A DNA stretch of 57,388 nt, counting the filler, from Hydrolagus affinis (taxonomy: Eukaryota), in NCBI GenBank assembly GCA_012026655.1. It is 3 parts of 3 records of this genome, joined end to end, with 100 filler letters (N's around TTAATTAATTAA, not from the genome) between each part and the next. Parts side by side here need not be neighbours in the genome. Positions count along the whole stretch, not along the records: positions 1 to 30,196 come from JAAILG010007586.1; 2 more parts are not named here. One strand, written 5' to 3'. A program made the translations under genes and the position numbers. The notes below the pieces were generated by a model. That model was not told where the DNA came from, did no database searches, and saw only the letters and a list, made by a program, of their open reading frames with translations. Shown piece by piece: positions 1 to 10,400 of the stretch; position 1 is the stretch's first letter; each line of letters opens with the position of its first letter.

Positions 1-2640
1 ATACAGCCACTGTGTTAAATAGGAACAGCCTAATTGATGGAAAATGCTAATAACCGTTGGTCTATAATCTGAGCGAGGGCGACTCCAGTAATGTCCTTTG
101 ACATTTACCAATACAGCAGAACGCTTGGAGTTTTAACTCTTAATTGTTTGAAGTCAGGTATATTTTTAGCAGCTACGCAACATGTTCAATGTCCACGCAT
201 CAAATTTATCATTGTTTTGCACCACATTTTGTTGCCTCCCTCTCTGCTTTCCTTAAAAGCCTCTGCCTCCCTACATATCCAGTTCTGACGAAGAGTTGTG
301 GACCCAAAATGTTGACTCACTTTTCTTATTCCACAGACGCTTCCTGACCGGCTGATTGATCTCAGTGATTTCTGTTTTTGGATCACCTAATGGGAATTTT
401 GAGTTCACAGCATCCTCAGTCTGAAGTGTAGTTGATGCTCGTGAATACTGTTCGGGAGCATCCGCAGTAGTGAAACACGTGTATATTTTGACAGTCTCTG
501 TTTCACCAACAGTGCACAACCTTGATATTGATATTAGGAGAAGGAATGATCACTGTAATGGAGCTCTAGGCTGAGGAATAGGTCACTTATATGTCATTTT
601 AGGCTGATTGCTGTTGAGGGCAGATTGTTCAATGGAGAGAAGAAGAAATTATTATTTGCTTGATGTTTTCCGATTATCAAAGAGACAGTTATGTCCAAAC
701 CCAAATACCCAAATGGCTGATGCAGAATCCAGTCTGTACAGAGCTGGAGTCTGACCACACATTGAGTATTGCACAGTGATGTAGTCACTGTGACATACAG
801 GGGCTGCCCAAGCGGCAATGCAGAGGAAACCAATATGAATGATCCCCAGGATTAGAGGAATGTGCTTTGAGAGGTGTTTAAAATTATCAATGGGATTGGG
901 AAAAGTAAATTTATATCAATAGTTTAGGTTATAACAAAACAGCCGAATAAGAACACATAGGTTTAGAGTTGCTAAGCCAATATTAGGACAGATTCTAGGT
1001 TTATCTTCACCGCAATTAAAATAAAGAATTTAAATAGGTTGGAAGGAAAGTTGGTTGAGGCCACGAGGCCACCTCGTTTAAAACACAGTTAGAGGTTGTG
1101 ATGGGGGGATGGTCGGGAGGGTGTTCTCAAAGGATGAGATCAGATACGCCGAAGGGCCTTCTTTAATTCATCCGATTTCAAGATTTTTTTTTGAAAAAGG
1201 TGTGTGTTAAACCGACGCTATCACTTACAGAACAAACACAACTACAACAGCACCACACGTGGCGAGAATGCATGTCTGTTGTTAAACAAACAGTGAAATA
1301 CTCGCCACAGTAGGTACAGCTGCTTTACTGCAATAGGAACAGCGTAATTGATGATAAAAGTTCATAACCCGCATTCTATAAATAATCTGAGAGAGCAAGA
1401 CTCTTGTAATGGAATACCACTTTGACATTTACAAATACAGCAGAACGATTGCGGTTTTAATGCCGTGTTGTGTCATGTCAGGTATATTCATAGCGGACAC
1501 CTGAATATGTATGCACGTAAGCTTCAATGTTTTTTTTTACTGCATTCGACTATTGCGCCACATGTTGTTGACCAGGTTTTAAATTAGTCCATACCAAATG
1601 TTGTTTCATTGATACTAAAGAGACAGAATAACTAGAGGAGACTGATTTATACAATATGCTTTTTATTCAAATGCTGATCGAGCATGTTACACAGCAGTTC
1701 CTCATATTGTAGTAGCTAACAAGCTAATTGATAATCTAATAATTCAGTGGTTACCTTTACAGATTGATCAGATTCACAGTGAATACATTTTAGCAATTAA
1801 GTATGGTTATATGTGTATTCTAAGCAATAATTTCCAACAAATTTCTTGAGAACGTATTATCTAATAAACTAATAAATGCAATTATATTTGAAACGAGTGA
1901 AAATGGAAAAGCAGTACAAGATTAATGTGCACATTTTTCAATATAGTGGAAAATTGCATCTAATATAAACCAATATCAATTTCAGATGCATTACTTAGAT
2001 CTTGGTTTCCTGCAGATAGTGGCGGTTTCTCCATAGTTTCTCACATGGAGCTCTGCTTACTCTGTATTATTAACGATAGTCAAATTCAACACCACCTAAA
2101 GCCAGCGCCTCATTCTCTGCTCCGTATATCATCTATAAAACATAACGTCACAACAGCAATACATGGTAATTGTAGAACACATTTTATGATGGGAGTACAT
2201 CCCAGGGCACTGAGAGATTGTTGTCTTCACTGTTCTGAGGATTGCTGTATAAGCAATCATCAGAAAATCCACAAGTTTAAATATTGCAAATAATTAATAA
2301 GCAAACTTACAGTTTTACTGAATACTCTGTTAACAATTACATGACATCTCGCATTTAAATGATATATTGAGGCTGCAAAATAGCATGAGGGGATTATATT
2401 TAAAATATTCTTATTTATTGATGATGAACAGTATCTTTCGATTACTACAACTCGGTTTTCAGATTAAACATCTTCTGAAAGGCAATTAATGAATGTACCT
2501 GCTCTTTGCAGTGACTCGATCCTTTCTGATTTCTGCATGGGCCTTTGATAAGAAAGTCAATAAATGAAGAATGCATTTTCGATTATATTTTGCTTAGAAC
2601 AAATGAAAAGCGTTAGGAAGCTCACAAGCTACCAGAGTCT
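1..2640. repeat. Locus-specific duplicated non-coding block lying 3' of each VJ-C1 receptor unit (copy 1)
   Basis: By eye, 1-1000 aligns with 3330-3695 plus 4030-4200 and with 18860-19590. 1230-2640 aligns with 4200-5170 and 21900-23300 (shared strings such as GGAACAGCGTAATTGATG, TTTGACATTTACAAATACAGCAGAAC, CTTAGATCTTGGTTCCCTGCAGATAG). Confidence 0.8.
843..1170 (+). mobile_element. Degenerate CR1-type LINE 3' fragment
   Basis: Decayed similarity to the CR1 ORF2 C-terminus seen at 5288-5701. Boundaries approximate. Confidence 0.55.
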
Positions 2641-2754
2641 GATTTTCGAAATATATATATGTATAAAGTTGTCTTCTTGCATCAAACTGAGTTTATTTAA
2701 AGGCTAATCTGAACACATTAGCCTTTAAATGCTAATTAAAGGCTAATTAGCCTC

Positions 2755-3067
2755 CAACTTAACGTCAACAAACCGGAAGCCCTCCTGATCGACTCACGTC
2801 AATGCCTCAGCACCTGAGGCACTGACAACATCAGCATCCAAGGCTGCTCCCTCCACCTCTCGAAGCCAGTCAGGAATCTGGGCGTCTTGTTTGATCCCGA
2901 ACTGTCCTTCCTCCCTCATATCCACGCCATGACTGGTACAGCCTTCCACCACCTCCATAACATTGTCAGACTCCGCCGCCACCTCATCCTCCCATGCTGC
3001 CGAAACACATCTTCATTACATCTAGGCTGGATTACTGCCTTCCCAGCTCACCCTTTCACAAGCTGCA
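2755..3067 (+). mobile_element. L2-type LINE fragment
   Basis: LNVNKPEALLI...LGVLFDPELSFLPHI...AFHHLHNIVRLR, typical L2 ORF2 C-terminal region, similar to 20116-20856. Confidence 0.75.
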
Positions 3068-3240
3068 CCATGTCTGACTCTGGCTCTGATGATCTGTAAC
3101 ACACAAACGTACAGTATTTGATATGGAGGAAGCAGCTGTGACACTGACTTCCTCTTTTGTTGTGTTGGGGAAATGTGGCTGATGTGGTTGATGTGATTTG
3201 AAATCACAGCAAAATTGTGCAACTGATAACTATTCCTATT
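3068..3240 (-). pseudogene. Orphan promoter, 5'UTR and ATG of a third VJ-C1 receptor paralog; coding exons missing
   Basis: Near-identical to the gene A promoter and 5'UTR at 13389-13545 (TCTGACTCTGGCTCTGATGA...ACACTGACTTCCT...GATGTGATTTGAAATCAC). Homology stops at ATGG, where L2 sequence begins. Confidence 0.8.
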
Positions 3241-3695
3241 AATTGCAGAGAAGGGCCTCCTTCAATGAAGCAAAACTGAAGAGGAATTATTTTTAAACAG
3301 ACACCACTGTGCACAAAGCACTCACAGTGCAACACCACATCATGTAGTAAGAATATGTTGCTCCATAAAGAATGAAATATTGTGCGCAGTTGTTAAAGCA
3401 ACTTTCTTACAATAACAACAGCCTGATTGATGGAAAACGTTAATATCCCATGGTCTATATATAAAATGTAAGAGAGCAAGACTCCTGGAAATTGAATTAT
3501 GCTTTGACATTTACAAATCTAGCAGGATGATTGGAGTTTTAACTCTTAGATGTTTGAAGTGAGGTATAGTTTTACCAGATATGCACAATGTTTAATGACC
3601 ACGCTTCAATTATTTCATTGTTTTGGATGAATAGCACCACATTTTGTTACCTCCCTCTAATTATTAGTCCTCAAATGCCTCTCCCTCCCTACATT

Positions 3696-4027
3696 CCTAG
3701 TTCTGATGAAGAGTCAAATATATTGGTATATCGAAAAATTTGGTATATTAAAAAAAATCGATATATCGCAAATATCGCTATATCATGTCCGGCGATATAT
3801 CGGTATAATACAAACTTTTTCAACTTACCTTGTCGATATCCGAATGCGCGCGCACACCAGAATGTGTGCGCACCCCTGAATACGTGCCCACCTCCAAATA
3901 CACGCGCACCTCCGAATGCGCGCGCATGCGCAGGACAAAAAAAACGCGATATCGATATATCGGTATATATCAATATGGACCAACCGATATATCGATATCG
4001 GAAAATTTCCATATCAACGGACCATAG
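3696..4027. mobile_element. CpG-rich, internally palindromic non-autonomous element (MITE-like)
   Basis: Repeated GATATATCG/CGATATC palindromes flank a GCGCGC-rich core. It interrupts the duplicated block, and a reverse-complement homolog lies at 29813-29950. Confidence 0.6.
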
Positions 4028-5171
4028 CAATCACCCACTGACATTTAATGCTGATCAATGTTGAGCTCAAGAGAAACGGAGATTGTTCAATGGAGAGAAG
4101 TTGTTATTTTCTTACTGTTGTCCGAATATCAAAGAGTCCAAACGAAAATACTCAAATGGCTGAAGCAGAATCCAACCTGTAACTGTGCTCTGGTCTGAAC
4201 ATTCCTCGAGTATTGCCCAGCAAGAAAGAGAGCAAGGCTCTTGCAATGGAATTATACTTTGACATTTACAAATACAGAAGAACGATTGGGGTTTTAATGC
4301 TGAGTTGTTTCATGTCATTCAAAGCAGAAGAGTGAATATCTATGCATGCAAACTTCAATTTTTTTTACTGCATTCGACTATTGTGCCACATATTGTTGAC
4401 CAGCTTTTAAGTTAGCCCATATCAAGCATTGTTTCATGGATACTAAAGAGACAGAATGACTAGAGGAGACTGGTTCATACAATATGCTTTTTATTGAAAT
4501 GCTGATTGAGCATGCTACACAGCAGTTCCTAATATTGTAGTAGAGTTATTCTATATTCTAATAATTCTGTGGTTACCTTTATGGATTGATCAGATTCACA
4601 GTAAATATGTTTTAGCAATTAATTATGGTTATATGTGTATTGTAAACAATTATTTCCAAGAAATTTCCTGAAGACATATTATGTAAATATTAATAAATGT
4701 GATTGAAACAGGTGAAAGCGGAAGAGAATAATTAATATGCACATTTTTCACTATAGTGGAAAACTACATCTAATAATAACATAATAAACAATAATAAATA
4801 TTTGATATAGAGCTTTCCACATCTTATTGATGTCTCAAAGCGCGTATGTATACTGTACACCATTATCAGTGCCTGTTGCATTTCTTAGATCTTGGTTCCC
4901 TGCAGATAGCTGTTGCTTCTCCTCTGTGGTTTCTCACATTCTCTATTCTTAACGGACGTCAACTTCAACGCAACATAAGCCACCACCTTACTCTCTGCTC
5001 CGAGCATCATCGATAAAACATAACACCACAACAACAACACATTGTATTTGTAGAACATCTCTCATGTTGGCAGTAGATCCCAGGTTGCTGATAGATTGCG
5101 GTCTTCACTGTTCTGATGATTTGCTGGATATATATACTCATAAAAAGGCTCACACCTTTAAAATATTTCTA

Positions 5172-5770
5172 ACAGTTAAGATGCAAGTCACAAAGTGCTG
5201 ATTAACTTTTATCAGACTTTGGTTAGGCCTCAGCTGGGGTACTGTGTATAATTCTGGTCACCATACTTTAGGAAGGATATTAAGGCATTGGAAAGGGTGC
5301 AGAGGAGATTTACTAGGATGGTACCAGGAATGAGGGACTTCAGCTACGAGGAAAGGCTAAATAGGCTAGGCTTATTCTCTCTGGAACAAAGAAGATTGAG
5401 AGGAGATCTGAGAGAAGTTTATAAGATTATGAGAGGTTTCGACAGGGTGAATAGCGAAAGACTGTTTCCACTGGTGGGCGAATCAGTGACTTGTGGTCAC
5501 AGATTTAAAATAGTTCCAAAACGAAGCAGAGGGGAGCTGAGAAGAAATTTTTTCACTCAGCGGGTTGTTCAAATTTGGAATGCATTGCCTGAAAAGGTGG
5601 TGGAGGCAGATTCTATAACAGCTTTTAAAAGGGAACTAGATCTTTATTTAGGAAGAGCAGGTCTGTTAGGTTATGGGGAGAGAGCTGGGCAGTGGGATTG
5701 AGTTGCTCTGTTCAAAGAGCCGGCACAGACTAGATGGGCTGAATGACCTCCTTTTGTGCCTTATAAGAAA
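5172..5770 (+). mobile_element. CR1-type LINE 3' end (ORF2 C-terminus)
   Basis: ORF 5288-5701: ERVQRRFTRMVPGMRDFSYEERLNRLGLFSLEQRRLRGDL...RRNFFTQRVVQIWNALP, the characteristic CR1 C-terminus. Confidence 0.9.
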
Positions 5771-6179
5771 AAAAAGTATTATTTGTGTTTTAATTGTGAA
5801 CATGTATCAGTTGAAAAGTCCAATTAGTGATTTCAAACCTAATCGCTGGTGGATTACGCAGGAATCTTGCATTTCAGCCAGATTACCAAAAAGTACAAAA
5901 AAAAACAGAATTGAGATCTTCTTCATTTCAAAACTATATATTTATAGTTGAATGCTAACTACTGTACTTGGCTAAGCTGTATCTGAAGCGTAAGAATTCC
6001 ATGTTATGATGTTTGATTGTTTTATCCGATTCTAGCGAAGAAATTGATTGATCAAATCAAAATCAAGACATTGTGTTCTGTAACTCTTGTTTATTGAAAA
6101 TCACAAAACCACTTCACAGTGTTACAAACTATCAGAACCTAGTTTGAGATTTGAATTGGTATATTTTGTTCTAGTGATG

Positions 6180-7155
6180 TAACAACAACTTTGATTTATA
6201 TAGCGCCCTCCATGCAGGACGGCATCTCAGAGCATTTCAGAGTGCTCGAGCCAAGCGAAGGGGGAAAAAGGTGAGCAAAGGCATGGTTGAACAGAAAGGT
6301 CTTCAACCGAGACCTGCAAGAGAGGGAGTGAGGTGAAGGGAGTGAGGAAGGGAGTTCCAGAGCTTCGGGGCGTAGTGGCTGAAGGCATGGCTGCTGATAG
6401 TCGAGCGGAGGATTCAGGGATAAGGGGATAACCAGAACCAGAGGAGTGAAGGCAACGGGTGCTGTTTTGGCGGAAGTGGAGGTCAGAGAGGTAGGGGGTG
6501 CAGAAGAGTAGAGAGATTTGAAGATAAAAGTGAGGTTCTTTAAATCGATCCTCTCCGGGACAGGGAGCAAGTGAAGTCTGGCAAGGACTGGGGTAATAGG
6601 GGAGCAAAGTTTGGTGCAGGTGAGAATGCGGTTGGCAGAGTTCTGAAGGAGCTGGATTTTATGGATTGTGGTGGAGGGGAGACCAGCGAGGAGTGCATTT
6701 GCACAGTCCAGCCAAGAGGTGACAAACGCATGGACCAAAGTTTCAGCAGCTTTTGGAACAAGGAATTGCTGGAGACGGACAATATGTAGGAGATGGAAAA
6801 AAGCAGTGCTCGTGAGGGACTAGATGTGGGCGAGGAAGGACAGTTGGGGGTCGGACCTGATGCCAAGCTTGCGTACTGGTTCATAGAGTTTTAGGGGCAG
6901 GTCGGTTAGGTGGAGTAGGTGAGAACTGCATGATTGAAGACGATGACGAGAGCCAAAGAGTATGGCTTCCGTCTTGTCAACTTTCAGCCGCAGGAAATTC
7001 ACGCTCATCCAGCTCCTGATGTCTGACAGCCAGGCTGACAGTACATCAAGGTACTGGGTTGGGGGTCGCAAAATGAGGTGGAAAAATAGAGTTGGGTGTC
7101 ATCCGCATACATATGGAAGTGTATCCCATGTCTGCGGATAACATCATCAAGCAGA
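6180..7155 (-). mobile_element. L2-type LINE 3' portion with (TTG)n-like tail
   Basis: YADDTQL-like RT remnant near 7100; LSDIRSWMSVNFLRLKVDKTEAILFG; HAFVTSWLDCANALLAGLP; AACAACAAC tail on + at 6180. Confidence 0.85.
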
Positions 7156-7246
7156 CCAGCATTGATATAAACACTGTCACTAGTCTACATCACTAGGGAT
7201 CTGTGACTAATATACTGTACAGTATTAATTGTCTATTATTGTGACA

Positions 7247-7411
7247 TTATGCGATTCCTGATTCCATGGCAGTGACAGCTTTGTAATTTCTGATATTTAC
7301 CTCCGCATACTCTGAATTCTTGTTGCGGCGTTTAGCTTTTCCTGTTTTTTGGTTGCGAGGGAAATCCAGATCAGCGTAGGTCAGCTTGTCAGTGGCTGCT
7401 CCTTGCTTGGT
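7247..7411 (-). CDS. Gene A exon 7, cytoplasmic, ITIMs LTYADL and SEYAEV, then stop
   Basis: TKQGAATDKLTYADLDFPRNQKTGKAKRRNKNSEYAEVNIRNYKAVTAMESGIA*; polypyrimidine-CAG acceptor. Confidence 0.85.
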   Translation of the reverse strand, partial: TKQGAATDKLTYADLDFPRNQKTGKAKRRNKNSEYAEVNIRNYKAVTAMESGIA

Positions 7412-10400
7412 CTGCAAAAGAAAAATGGTTGGGATTGTCTTTTTGCTGCTTCCATAAATACACATAAATGTACATAGAATGGTAAGGAAACTGAGCAGCT
7501 AGTGTTTATAATTCACACAACATCCATCCTTACCTATTTTCTTCTGTTTCTCTCGAATCTCTTCTCATGTATGCATTAAGTTTTATGTTAATAATATTGT
7601 TACTTTATTGTGAGCCCATCAACCCCATGGCCAATTGATAAATTGGTTTCAAATTGCAATATCCAGTTGCAGATTTAAGGCTTGCCGATCTCAGTGATGA
7701 GCTGACAGCTGCTCTCATGTGTTGGTGCAGATTAGTTAATGTTGCAATTCCTAATTGCTCTATGAGAAATTAACATCTCAGGACATCTGGATCGGAACAC
7801 ATGTGATCCTCTTTAAATTAATTGCTGAATTGTTGATTCTTATATAAAGATATAATCTTAGGAATTGATAGCCCAGAAGGCCAGTCTGCTGGTCGTACAC
7901 AGGCTGCCTATTTGAAGGAATAATGTATTGAGTCCCATTTATTCGGCTTTCACCAACGCTCCTTTAAACTGATCCATTTGGGATGTCCTCTCAAAGTGAA
8001 AGATACTATATAAATGTAAGTTTTTATTGATTGATTTTATAAATACCCTTTATCTTTAGTTTAAAAAATGATATTGGTTAAATGCTGGAAGGTTGAACAC
8101 GTTTGACAACTAAATGGAGCATCAAAACATGTTAGAAGATTCGGTGGATGGAGGGTGGGGGGAACAGAATCGGGGATAAAGTATCAAAGTCAATGATGCC
8201 TATTTACCAAACCTGTTTAATACAAGTTTAATATATGTTGTTTACCTGGGCGTATACTGTCCTCTCTTCCTGGTGTTTAGGTCTTGGAATTTTATTGGAA
8301 CTTCTCAAATCCAATGTTACATAAGCCACGTTGTCACCCACTGCTCCCTCCCCCGTCTGTAAAACAAAGTATAGAGTTAAATGGTTGTTCGGTTGCCTTC
8401 CCAGGTCTGTACTCTTTGACCATGGTATTGAATAAGTAGGGATTTTAGGGAAACAATGGCTACTGTCATTTCAAATAGTTAAAGACAGGTAACATTGAGT
8501 AGGTAGATTCAGTTCTCTCTAGAGTCAGTAAAACTCATGTTTCCAACTGAGGTTTTGCCATCCACCCCCATGAAAATATGTGCAGACCTGATTAGATGGA
8601 CCAAACAAGATGTCTCACATACATAAAGTATTATCACTTAAAACATGCTGGAACTCGTCACAATCCTGACTCAGAATGGTTACTAGAAATGTAAATTACA
8701 GCAAGTAAACCGTATTTATTCAAGTAACAACTTAATCCTGTTATGGGAAATAAATACGTGTGTAATTCTGGAGGAATTATTAAATTTAGAAAACTTTCAG
8801 TCCACAATCCAATTCAACGTAACTGCTGCCTTATTGGGGTGGGACGAGATTTGTCCAGTGTCCTAGTGAATCACAATCATAAGAAATTGACGATACACTT
8901 TGTTATGGTTTTTGGGACCATTTTGTGTGCTGCAGGTTGGTTGCAGTAAATAGAGTTACTACAAAGTCAACGATTCGCAACCGTGAAGCATTTCTTAGAC
9001 CCTTATAGTTATATGGGCCACAATGATAATTACTAAATTGGTCCATTGGTCACCCAAATTATTGGTGATAAACTTACCCGATGTTCAAGATTGCCCAATC
9101 GAGTTGGGTTTCCCTTTGATCCTAAATATGAATAAAATTTATTGAATTATGTATTTACTAAATTTCAATGTTAACACTAAAATAATGCAATTGTTCTACA
9201 TTTCAGGAAGAATGTAATGACAAGTAAAATCTCCACGTCACTAATACTTTCCAAAATCCTTAACACTGTGGAACTCTTATCTTGAACATTTGAAATCTCA
9301 ATGTAATGGGAAATAAAGGCTATGCCTGACAACTATTCCTTAATTCTTTTAGTTTTTCCTCTTAAGAAACTGGGATATTTCCTGCAATCTGGGTCTAGGT
9401 CTGGGTCTAGCTCTCAGTAATAAAAAATATTTTCGAGGTCACAATTTCAATATACTGTAATATATATGGTGAATTTTACTACTGATAAACATACTCTTGG
9501 TTCTAGTCCCTGTATTTTTTGATGTCATTCATCACCACAGTCACTTACAAATGCACAACATTCATCGTATTTTAAGGTGATTGAAATATATTAAGTCAGA
9601 TTTCAGACATTGGGATTTGGAAAATGAGACATCCTGGGATACTAACATTCACCATGAGAAATTGTTACAGTAATGAATCTGTTGCAATAACTACAAGTAA
9701 TTGATATTATATCGTTGACATCATATAAATCTGCCGTCAAATTTGAAGTAACAAGTAATACTTTTTCTCTTTGCTAACCATTAGTGCATTCTTAGTTCTG
9801 ATATCAACGGGTAATATTTACAATGGCAATGAAATGAGAATTTTCTTACCATTTTTCTTTTTCAATTGGCATCGCTTCCCAATTATCATCAAAAGCACCA
9901 GAAATGTGACCACACCCGCAGCACAGCCACCATATAATAAATAACGGGTTTGATTTCCACTCTCTGGAGAAATAGCATACACTGAGGTGAAACTGTACAT
10001 TGCGTAAGGGAACGATTTATAGCTTTAGTACAATAGAAATGTCATGCATATCATTTATGAAGCATATCTTGCGGTAAATTCAAGTAAGTATTAAGCACAA
10101 TAACCGGATTAACTATTATGTCTAATCATAATCTGTGTCTTTATTGAAATAAGAATAAAAATTGGAAGGGGACCTTCACTGACAACATTTTGCTGTTGAT
10201 GTAGGGTAAGAAGGGTACAATCTACATATGCACTCGCATATTTTTATTGTTGTTCTTGATTCTATTACACAGGCGACGGCAATACACAGAATACCAAAAT
10301 GCGATATAAATTTCCAGAGGAACCATCACAAAATACAATCCACACCTGTACATCGCGCCGTCTGCACACCTGTACATCGCGCCGTCTGATCACAGCGATG

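Noticed and set aside
3588-4064. 158-aa and 113-aa ORFs with RYRY/DIDI repeats
   Set aside because: Produced by the palindromic stop-poor MITE-like element.
10342-10389. 24-bp exact tandem duplication CACACCTGTACATCGCGCCGTCTG
   Set aside because: A simple two-copy intronic slippage with no evident function.
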